From: Paracoccaceae bacterium
Lineage (GTDB): Bacteria; Pseudomonadota; Alphaproteobacteria; Rhodobacterales; Rhodobacteraceae
NCBI GenBank assembly: GCA_964291445.2
Contig: OZ219862.1
Span: 1,184,669 to 1,248,668, forward strand
Length of the DNA stretch: 64,000 nucleotides
Direction: 5' to 3'
Part shown: in pieces, positions 36,987-44,954 of the stretch
How the letters are laid out: every line of letters starts with the position of its first letter
Position numbering within the stretch: position 1 is the stretch's first letter
Notes under the pieces: model-generated
What the model was told of the DNA's origin: nothing
The model's input: the letters and a program-made list of their open reading frames with translations, nothing else
The model's database searches: none
Made by a program: the position numbers and the translations under genes

Positions 36987-37567
36987 CTCAATCCATCCTC
37001 TCCCTTGATCCTGTCTGCCCGCAACCCGCCAGCCCGGTTGTGAATCCTGGCACCGGACGTCATGGCAAGTATCAGGCAGATTTCATGTCGCTGCGGCGCA
37101 TCGGCAAGCCCGATCTCGATGGAGTCGAAGTGACTTCGCACATAGGAGGCGTTGATGTGGGTGACCGGAATGTCGATGCGGGTGCCAGGACCGCCAACCT
37201 TCTTGGCCGACGGCACGATGGCCATCGTGCCCCCCAGAACCTCCCGCATGCCGTAGCCTCCCGGCGCATGCCACAATGCGCCATGTTCGATCTCGCCATC
37301 CTCGCCGACGATGGCGCCCTTGCCATATCCTTCCACCACCGCCGGGTCCGGTCCAATCAACCGGCTCAGCCGCCCGGCCAAATCGACCCCCAGTTTCACC
37401 AGGCCGGCAGATGCCGATTCGATCTCCTCGACGTAGCGTCCGGCATGCGGGTTGACGATAACCGCCATGATCGCCGCCTTGCGCAACGGTTTGTCCGGGG
37501 CCGGGCCGCCCTCGTGGCGGATCTCCTCGACCCAGCTGGCAATCTTCCTGATCTCGGGTTCAAACAT
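36983..37567 (-). CDS. amino acid synthesis family protein (DUF1185), paralog 1
   Basis: 194 aa. ATGA overlap with paralog 2 and an 8-nt overlap with the upstream gene. Confidence 0.7.
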   Translation of the reverse strand: MFEPEIRKIASWVEEIRHEGGPAPDKPLRKAAIMAVIVNPHAGRYVEEIESASAGLVKLGVDLAGRLSRLIGPDPAVVEGYGKGAIVGEDGEIEHGALWHAPGGYGMREVLGGTMAIVPSAKKVGGPGTRIDIPVTHINASYVRSHFDSIEIGLADAPQRHEICLILAMTSGARIHNRAGGLRADRIKGEDGLR

Positions 37568-38438
37568 GTCGCTCCATTCCGTATCCGGTGCCGGGAATTC
37601 CTTCCGGCCTGCTCACGATCCGGGCCCGGCCCCGCAGCAGAAGGGCCGCCGATTCGATCAGCCCTGCCGCCAGCATGTCCTGGGCCGCCTCCCGGCCACG
37701 GTCGAGAGCGGTGTCGATCTCGCCATGCTGCAATTCGCCAATCCGCGTCACCACCAGCCGGTCACCGAGGTCGCTGTCGGGGCTGAGTTTGCGGGCCGGG
37801 CGGCGCTCGATTGCCGGGTGGCCGGGCAAATTCACCGCATTGGCAACCAGCGTGGCCGCCGCATCGGCCGATGCCGCCGAGGCGGCAATCACGGTCACCG
37901 AATCGGCAATTCCCAGCGAATGACTGCGGCCGCCCTGCCCGCTGGTGGCAACTCCCCCGGCTTCCGACCGGTGATCAACATCGATCCGCCCATGCTCGGC
38001 CCCCTGCAGATCACTGATGGCGATCCTGAAGCGTTGGCCGGAACCGAGATGAAAGGCGATGTCGCCGCCATTGTTCACATAGGCCCGGTCAAGACGGGCT
38101 GCCGACATCATGACCGCCAGGATCTCGTCGGCCACGGAACCGGCCACCGCGGCCATCGGCGTCACGAAGCCGTGCAGACCATGCGGTGCCACCGCCCGGC
38201 CCATTCGCCTGGCAACCGGCCCCTTCAGCCTGGCTGTTCCCCGGCCGGTCTGCCGCCGCAGACATGGCAATTCGTCAACGAGTTCCTGCAGAAGACCCCT
38301 GAAACGGTCGGCGGCGGCCCGGAATGCCCGCTCCCTCGCTCCCGTCTCCGGCGATTCGGCAGCGATGACGAGGTCGATCGGCCCCTCCTGCAGCCGCAAC
38401 CGCTGCTCCGACAACATCATTGCCTGCATGCCGCTCAT
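37560..38438 (-). CDS. UPF0280 / ApbE-like family protein
   Basis: Motifs TPMAAVAGSVAD, NNGGDIA, GVATSG..GRS.SLGIADSVTVIA..AA.ADAAATL. Start set at the ATG at 38438, 13 nt after the upstream stop. Confidence 0.7.
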   Translation of the reverse strand: MSGMQAMMLSEQRLRLQEGPIDLVIAAESPETGARERAFRAAADRFRGLLQELVDELPCLRRQTGRGTARLKGPVARRMGRAVAPHGLHGFVTPMAAVAGSVADEILAVMMSAARLDRAYVNNGGDIAFHLGSGQRFRIAISDLQGAEHGRIDVDHRSEAGGVATSGQGGRSHSLGIADSVTVIAASAASADAAATLVANAVNLPGHPAIERRPARKLSPDSDLGDRLVVTRIGELQHGEIDTALDRGREAAQDMLAAGLIESAALLLRGRARIVSRPEGIPGTGYGMERHV

Positions 38439-38451
38439 CGCGCCCGTCCAC

Positions 38452-39909
38452 TCAACCCGAGTCGTCCCGCTTGTGCCGGCGGACCGGGTCGACCCAGCCA
38501 CCTTCCACGCCCACCCTCCTGATACCCGGGGTGATGACATCCTCGAGTTGCCTGATCTCCTGCATGTGGCCACCGAGTCGCTCGTAGTCGTGCCGCTTGA
38601 GGGTGAATTCCACCGGCGCCACCAGCGCCGGCGTCGGGACATAGCCGAAGGAGTTGACGGGCATCTGCGTCACGTCGACCATGAAGGTGATGCCACCGCC
38701 CGGCCAGATATAGACTTCGGCACCGCCACAGGTGACCGAGGTCAGCGAATCCCGAACCGAATTGGTCAACCGGACCGGATTCTCGGTCACCCCGGCCCGT
38801 AGCGAACCACCGGCACCACCCATGAACAGGACCGAGCAGATCGAGGGTTCGCAATTCTCGGCAATCAGTTCGGCCGATTGCTGCAATGGCGGCGGGATGT
38901 CGGCAGTCACCGGTTCGAGATTTCCGTCCAACTCGAAATAGGCCCATTGCTCGCCGGTGGTGGACACCATCAGCAGCCGCAACCCCGGCCAGGCGGTCTT
39001 GCGGTCGATGGTCCGGATGATGTCCAGCGGGTTTTCGATGCTGGTCCCTCCCCAGCCGCTACCCGGCCCAGCCGATTTGAAATACCGGCCGGGGGTGGAA
39101 CGCCTGCCCGTAACCCGAATTCCGGCCGGCCGCATGCCGAGTTGCTTGCCGGCCTCGTGTTCGGTCAGCACACCGGTGATGTGATCATCAACCACCACCA
39201 CCTCGTCGACATGCGGCTCCCACTGCCTGGCAAACATGCCAATGGTTGCCGACCCACAACCCACCCGCATGAGGTTTTCCCTGGCGCCGTCAATCACCGG
39301 TGCCTTGCCGGCCTCGATCGTCAGTTCGGCGCCGTCATCCACGGCAAGCTCCACCGGTTGGCAATTGCACAACTCCAGCAGCGCATCGCAGGTTGCCCGC
39401 CCTTCGGCCTTGCTGCCTCCGGTCAGGTGTTCAACCCCGCCGAGGGCGAGCATTTTCGATCCGTATTCACTGGTGGTTACATGTCCGACCGCCTCGCCCC
39501 GGCTGCGAATGACGGCCATCTCCTGGCCGATGAAACGGTCGGTGTCGATCTTGACCTTGGCACCGCAGTAGCTGAAGATTCCTTCGGTCACCACGGTGAC
39601 CATGTCCACGCCGTCAGCAGCCTGGCTGACGATGAAGGGGGCAGGCTTGTAGTCGGGATAGGTGGTTCCAGCGCCGACGGCAGTCACGAAAGGCCGACCG
39701 GACCGCACGAGATCGCCATCCCAGTCATCGTCGAGATCCAGGAACCGCACCGCCTTGCCGCCCCTGTCTTCGGTCGCCTCGATCACCGTCAGCGGGTCAA
39801 GCCTGACCAGCTTTCCGTCATGGTTGGCATAACGGTCGCACGCCCCGGCTCGCCCTTCGGCAATGTAGCACATGACGGGACAGGCATCGCAGCGAATCTT
39901 CTCGGTCAT
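38452..39909 (-). CDS. hnr: 6-hydroxynicotinate reductase-like iron-sulfur protein
   Basis: Starts MTEKIRCDACPVMCYIAEGRAGACDRYAN (Cys cluster). About 485 aa. ATGA overlap with the upstream molybdoenzyme gene. The call rests on remembered annotation of this family plus context with the enamidase and the Mo-hydroxylase. Confidence 0.6.
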   Translation of the reverse strand: MTEKIRCDACPVMCYIAEGRAGACDRYANHDGKLVRLDPLTVIEATEDRGGKAVRFLDLDDDWDGDLVRSGRPFVTAVGAGTTYPDYKPAPFIVSQAADGVDMVTVVTEGIFSYCGAKVKIDTDRFIGQEMAVIRSRGEAVGHVTTSEYGSKMLALGGVEHLTGGSKAEGRATCDALLELCNCQPVELAVDDGAELTIEAGKAPVIDGARENLMRVGCGSATIGMFARQWEPHVDEVVVVDDHITGVLTEHEAGKQLGMRPAGIRVTGRRSTPGRYFKSAGPGSGWGGTSIENPLDIIRTIDRKTAWPGLRLLMVSTTGEQWAYFELDGNLEPVTADIPPPLQQSAELIAENCEPSICSVLFMGGAGGSLRAGVTENPVRLTNSVRDSLTSVTCGGAEVYIWPGGGITFMVDVTQMPVNSFGYVPTPALVAPVEFTLKRHDYERLGGHMQEIRQLEDVITPGIRRVGVEGGWVDPVRRHKRDDSG

Positions 39910-42677
39910 GCAGATGTCCCTCCGATCTCGTCCCTGGCCCGCCGGATTGCGGTCAACAGCCGTGACGGCGTGACCGGAACCTCGTTGAGCGTGGCGCCGC
40001 AAGCGCGGCGGATTGCATTCAGGATTGCCGGTGCGGTCGGGATCAGGGCATGTTCGCCGAGCCCCTTGGCCCCGAACGGGCCGTGCTCATCAGCCTCCTC
40101 GATGATGATGGTATCGATCGGCGGAATGTCGCCGATGGTCGGAATCAGGTAGTCATGCAGGTTTTCGGTGCGCCCCGGCACATATTCCTCCATCAACGCC
40201 ATGCCGATTCCCTGGGCAATGCCGCCATGAACCTGGCCCTCGACCAGCATCGGGTTGATCGCCTTCCCGACATCATGGGCGGCCAGGATCCGGTCGAGCC
40301 GGACCGTGCCGAGGCTGGTATCGACCATCAGCGTCACCATCTGCGCAGCAAACCCAAACTGTGCATAAGGAATGCCCTGCCCGTCATCGTCAAGCGGCCG
40401 GGTCGGCGGATCATAGGTCTCGACGGCCTGCAGCACGTAGCCGTCATCATCAACCTCCAGCCGGCCCGGATCAATGCCATGACCGGAAGACTTGTCCCTG
40501 GCAGCCATCGACCCATTGCCAAGCTCCAGCTCCGCATCCTCCGAAGCATTGCACAGGCGCAGGATCATCGATCGTAGCGATTCCCCGGCCAGGCGGGCGG
40601 CATTGCCGGAGACAAATGTCTGGCGGGACGCCGAAGTCTTGCCGGCATCGGGTGTCACGTCGGTATCTGCGCCAACCAGATCGATCGACGATACCGGGAC
40701 GCCCAGCGATTCGGCAAAGATCTGGGCAATCACCGTGTTCGCCCCCTGGCCGATATCCACCGCCCCCTGGTGCAGCACAACGGTTCCGTCGGGCCGGATG
40801 CCCGCCTTGATGGTTGACGGGTTGGCGAGCGACGTATTGCCGCATCCATACCATCCGGCAGCCACGCCGACCCCCATTCTTCCAGCCTCGCCGCTGCACG
40901 CGGCACGACGGTTGTAGTCGGCAGCCCGGAGATTGGCTTCCGACCACCCGTCACGCAGGGCCTCCAGGCACGACCTGATTCCGACGCCTTGGCTGAAGAC
41001 CTGGCCGGTCACGGTCGGGGCACCGTTTTCGAGGGCGTTGACAATCCGGAATTCCAGCGGGTCCATGCCGAGCTTGTTGGCCAGCCGGTCAAAAAGCGTT
41101 TCCTGGGCAATGGCGCTCTGCGGAACACCGAAGCCGCGAAAGGCCCCGGCGGGCGGTGCGTTGGTATGCACACCGGCGCTGACGGCGACATAGTCATCAA
41201 CCTTGTACGGACCCGATGCATGCACTGGCACCCGGTTGACCACGGTCGGGCCCCAGGACGCATAGGCGCCAGTATTGAACCTGCCCTCGTAGTTGATGCC
41301 GCACAGGCGACCATCCCGCGTGGCGCCGATCTTCATGCGAAGGCAGGACGGGTGGCGCTTGGTGGTCGATTGCATCGATTCGCTGCGTGAATATGCGAGG
41401 CGGACCGGCCGGCCGGTCTTGAGGGCGGCGAGCGCCAGGTAGGGTTGCACCGACAAGTCCAGCTTCGAGCCGAACCCACCACCGGCGGCAACCGGCACGA
41501 TCCGCACATCCCCGGTATCCATGCCGAGGATTGCCGACAGGCTCTCGAGATCCATGACCGGGGCCTGGGTGCCGGCATGGACCTCGACCCTGCCATTCTG
41601 GATCATGGCAATTCCGGCCTCCGGTTCGATATAGGCATGCTCGACGAAACCGGTCGAAAACCGGCCTTCAACGAAAAACTCGGCCTCGGCCAGCGCCCGG
41701 TCGGCATCGCCCCGCCGGACAACACCGCTGCACATCACGTTCCGCTCGCGATCGGGATGGATGAGCGGGGCGCCTAAAACCAGCGCTTCTCCAGGATCGG
41801 CAAGATGCGGCAACTCTGTCCACCTGATCGGAAAATCGGCAGTGTCGAATTCCTGCACGATTCCTCGATACCCGACCAGCGCCGCCACCGCCTCACCGCG
41901 AAAACGGACCTCCTTCTCGGCAAAAACCGGTTGGTCGACAAAGCCGGGAATGACTCCGAACCGGTTCACCCCGGCGATATCGTCCGCGGTCAGGACGGCC
42001 TCGATGCCGCCGGCTGCCGAAACAAAGCCCTCGAGGTCGCCGAATTCGAATGCGGCCCGGTGATGGGGAGAGCGGACTACCCGAACCACCAACCAGTCAG
42101 GCTCGCCGGCGTCATCGCCGAACACCTCCCTCCCGGCCACCTTGGCAGCGCCATCGACCCGCCGGATGGCGACACCGACCCCGGTCGGGTTGGTCGGCAG
42201 ACGGCCCTCGCCCCTGGCGGCAGCCATCACCGCGGCAATGATTCGGCGATAGCCGGTGCAACGGCACAACACGCCGCCGAGGGCATCCGTCAATTCCTCG
42301 TCCGACGGCGAGCGGTTGCTGCGCAGCAGCGCCACCGCCGCCACGATCATGCCTGGCGTGCAAATCCCGCACTGGGCGGCACCATATTCCTGGAAGGCCT
42401 CGGCCAACGCCTGGGCACGCGGCTCGTCGGCAAGGAGGCCCGACAAGGTTTCAACCGGCCTCCCGCCAACCTGGCGACTAGGCGTCAGGCAGGCGCATAC
42501 CGGTTGACCCTCGACCAGCACGGTGCAGGCGCCACAATCTCCGGCATCGCATCCGACCTTCACATCCCGGCAACCCAGCCGCTCGCGCAAGGTCTCGGTC
42601 AGGCGCTCGCCCGGCAGCGGGTGACAATCTGACTGGCGGCCATTGACCATCATGGACATGCCGGCGGCCTTCTGCAT
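39906..42677 (-). CDS. xanthine-dehydrogenase-family molybdopterin hydroxylase with a fused N-terminal [2Fe-2S] domain (probable nicotinate dehydrogenase)
   Basis: CDAGDCGACTV and CGICTPG / CRCTGY 2Fe-2S motifs followed by an aldehyde oxidase/XDH large-subunit-like sequence. Substrate is inferred from context only. Confidence 0.75.
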   Translation of the reverse strand: MQKAAGMSMMVNGRQSDCHPLPGERLTETLRERLGCRDVKVGCDAGDCGACTVLVEGQPVCACLTPSRQVGGRPVETLSGLLADEPRAQALAEAFQEYGAAQCGICTPGMIVAAVALLRSNRSPSDEELTDALGGVLCRCTGYRRIIAAVMAAARGEGRLPTNPTGVGVAIRRVDGAAKVAGREVFGDDAGEPDWLVVRVVRSPHHRAAFEFGDLEGFVSAAGGIEAVLTADDIAGVNRFGVIPGFVDQPVFAEKEVRFRGEAVAALVGYRGIVQEFDTADFPIRWTELPHLADPGEALVLGAPLIHPDRERNVMCSGVVRRGDADRALAEAEFFVEGRFSTGFVEHAYIEPEAGIAMIQNGRVEVHAGTQAPVMDLESLSAILGMDTGDVRIVPVAAGGGFGSKLDLSVQPYLALAALKTGRPVRLAYSRSESMQSTTKRHPSCLRMKIGATRDGRLCGINYEGRFNTGAYASWGPTVVNRVPVHASGPYKVDDYVAVSAGVHTNAPPAGAFRGFGVPQSAIAQETLFDRLANKLGMDPLEFRIVNALENGAPTVTGQVFSQGVGIRSCLEALRDGWSEANLRAADYNRRAACSGEAGRMGVGVAAGWYGCGNTSLANPSTIKAGIRPDGTVVLHQGAVDIGQGANTVIAQIFAESLGVPVSSIDLVGADTDVTPDAGKTSASRQTFVSGNAARLAGESLRSMILRLCNASEDAELELGNGSMAARDKSSGHGIDPGRLEVDDDGYVLQAVETYDPPTRPLDDDGQGIPYAQFGFAAQMVTLMVDTSLGTVRLDRILAAHDVGKAINPMLVEGQVHGGIAQGIGMALMEEYVPGRTENLHDYLIPTIGDIPPIDTIIIEEADEHGPFGAKGLGEHALIPTAPAILNAIRRACGATLNEVPVTPSRLLTAIRRARDEIGGTSA

Positions 42678-42678
42678 T

Positions 42679-43536
42679 TCAGGTGCCCGGCTCCGATCCG
42701 GCGTTCACCGCCAACTCCAGGGTCCGCCGGCAGAGTTCCGCCGAGGCCAGGATGCGATACTCGGCGCTGCCCCTGACATCATCCAGCGGCGAAAGCGGGG
42801 ACAGGAATTTCCTCTCGATCCAGTCGGTCGATTTCAGCCCGTTCAGGTCTCGCCCGATCGAAGCCCGCTCGAGTTCCGGCAATCTCCTGGCCACTGGAGA
42901 ACAGGCGCCGACGGCGATCCGGGCCGAGCTGATCGTGCCATCCACCTCCAGGTCGACATTGGCCGCGACCATGGCAATCGAAATCACCAGATATCTGCGG
43001 GAGCCCAGTTTCAGGAACGCGCCGTAGCCGGCACCGCGCTTCGATGGAACATGAACGGCGATGACGATTTCGCCGGCAGCGAGCCGGGTCTGACGGGGTC
43101 CGACGACGAATTCCTCCAGGGGCAACCGCTTCGCACCACTTGACGATACGGTCTCAACCTCGGCTTCCAGTGCCAGCAATGGCGGAACCCCGTCAGCGGC
43201 CGGTGACGCATTACAGATATTGCCGGCAACGGTTCCGGCATTCTGAATCTGCGCCGACCCGACCTCGCGCGCCGCCGATCTGAGCCCGTCAAAGGACGAT
43301 GGAAACGGCCAGTTGGCGACTTCGGACCAGGTCGCCGCACCACCGATCCTCCAGCCTTCCTCCGACCTGGTGATGCCCCCGAGTTCCGGAACCCCGGTGA
43401 CATCAAGCAGCGAGTCACCCGCCCCTCCGCCGGCCCTTGACGGATAGAAATCGGTGCCGCCGGCGATGATCGTTACCTGTCCCTGCTCAAGTATCTTCAG
43501 TGCCTCCGGCAGGGAGTCGGGGGAATGATAGGGCAC
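42679..43536 (-). CDS. FAD-binding subunit of the molybdopterin hydroxylase (CoxM/XdhB-like)
   Basis: 285 aa (IIAGGTDFYP, GNICNASPAADG). GTG start with an AGGAG SD. Confidence 0.8.
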   Translation of the reverse strand: MPYHSPDSLPEALKILEQGQVTIIAGGTDFYPSRAGGGAGDSLLDVTGVPELGGITRSEEGWRIGGAATWSEVANWPFPSSFDGLRSAAREVGSAQIQNAGTVAGNICNASPAADGVPPLLALEAEVETVSSSGAKRLPLEEFVVGPRQTRLAAGEIVIAVHVPSKRGAGYGAFLKLGSRRYLVISIAMVAANVDLEVDGTISSARIAVGACSPVARRLPELERASIGRDLNGLKSTDWIERKFLSPLSPLDDVRGSAEYRILASAELCRRTLELAVNAGSEPGT

Positions 43537-43557
43537 GTGAAACGGCTCCTGGCAATA

Positions 43558-43575
43558 TTGTTAGTATACTAACAA
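43558..43575. promoter_or_regulatory. perfect 18-bp palindrome TTGTTAGTATACTAACAA 22 nt upstream of the nicotinate operon start (putative MarR-type operator)
   Basis: Self-complementary over all 18 nt. Shares the 16-nt core with the site at 31151-31166. Confidence 0.6.
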
Positions 43576-43874
43576 CTTCACCGAAGCCGGTCAATTTGTA
43601 CCGAACCGGCGGGCACAAGAATCACGGTGCGGCCGCAGATGATGTCCTGCGGGTCAATTCGGGTGTTTTCGGGATGGGGTCATCCGAAACTTACCGGGCC
43701 GAGCCATGCTCATGGCGCCTGTCGGGCGGGGAACAATCCGGGTGACGACCGCCCGGCTTGTCCGATCGCGTATCGGCGGTAGCCGGGCGTCAACACCTTA
43801 CGGAATCTCGTGATTGCGCCGTCAGCGTCAAACCCGGCCGTTGCACGGCACCTTGTCGCTGACGGCGGGGTGCT

Positions 43875-43898
43875 CGCCTCCAACCGGAGTTGGAGGCG
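43875..43898 (-). terminator. putative terminator hairpin downstream of cspA
   Basis: CGCCTCCAAC-CGGA-GTTGGAGGCG: a perfect 10-bp stem 17 nt after the cspA stop, with no U-tract. A second inverted repeat with 10-bp arms lies at 43818-43866. Confidence 0.45.
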
Positions 43899-43914
43899 GA
43901 ATTCAGCGCGGCCT

Positions 43915-44121
43915 TCAGAGGATGGACAGGTTCTCAGCTGACGATTTGCCGTCGCGTCCCGGTTGCAGCTCGAAGGAGACCTTCTGTCCATCATTGAGCG
44001 ATGTCAGTCCGGCGCGCTCCACGGCCGAAATGTGGACGAAGGCGTCCCTTGAGCCGTCATCCGGCTGGATGAAGCCAAAACCCTTGGCCGTATTGAACCA
44101 CTTGACGGTTCCAGTAGTCAT
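43915..44121 (-). CDS. cspA: cold-shock protein (CspA family)
   Basis: MTTGTVKWFNTAKGFGFIQPDDG..DAFVHISA with RNP1/RNP2 motifs. The ATG at 44121 has better SD spacing than the ATG at 44127. Confidence 0.9.
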   Translation of the reverse strand: MTTGTVKWFNTAKGFGFIQPDDGSRDAFVHISAVERAGLTSLNDGQKVSFELQPGRDGKSSAENLSIL

Positions 44122-44954
44122 AGTCATTTCCTTTCAAAGGAGTTCAGGTTTCGCGCGCCGCACCTTGCGGCGACGCGGGTTGGTCAACGCTCACATTGTC
44201 AGGGGTAACGAAGCTAATCGGCAGTGCGGTTATCTAGGTAGCACAAATCAAACGCAGAACGTGTCCGCAGCATGTAGGGCGTTTTCCGGCAAGGTCAATG
44301 GCCAGCATGACATTACACGGTCTGCACCCAAGCCCATTCAAGAGTCGGCAGCCATGACCAGATCCAGCTTCCGGTTCCGGAATCCAGCCGTCATCCGGCG
44401 AACATGTCGGGGTCGTCTGCAGACGAGTGATGCCGGCCGGTGGCGTTTCCTGCCCGGATCCTGCACCGAAGACGTGCCGGGCCCTTGGCTCCGCAGGCCC
44501 CGCCGCGTGGTCGGGCGGGCTGGAACAATGTTGAGCGTGGGGCGGCAATCAGGATCCATGTTGCGCGCAACATTTCACGGTGAGAATCCAGCGTCACTCA
44601 GGATGAGAAGGAGGCTGGGGCGGCAGTGCGGCACGCAGGTAGTCTGGAAGTTGGACCGGCCGCGACGACGCCTGCCACAGTTGGTGGTGACGGTCAGGCA
44701 GTTCGAGGACGGGTGTTCATTTGCTGCACGGGTCAATGGGTTTGCAAGAAGCTCAGTTGATAGCCGAAACCCTCCAAGGCGACGATACCGCCGAGCGCCC
44801 ACCGCTCGGTGAGCGTGGGTGGATTGCCATTATCGGGCATGAATGGTTTCGAGACAGAACAATTGCTCGCCTCCCTCGCGTTGATCAGGCTGAAGCAGAT
44901 ACTCTTGCCGGCGGCCTTTCAACGATCCCCGATCGGCCGCCGTTATCCCTGGGT

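Noticed and set aside
44482-44492. An 11-nt match (CCCTTGGCTCC) to the 3' end of tRNA-Ala(GGC), as a possible attachment-site scar delimiting an island from 44.5 to 56.0 kb.
   Set aside because: The match is in inverted orientation relative to the tRNA gene, whereas att repeats should be direct. It is only 11 nt long. The intervening genes (ecm, B12 transporter, RND cluster) have native composition and there is no integrase.
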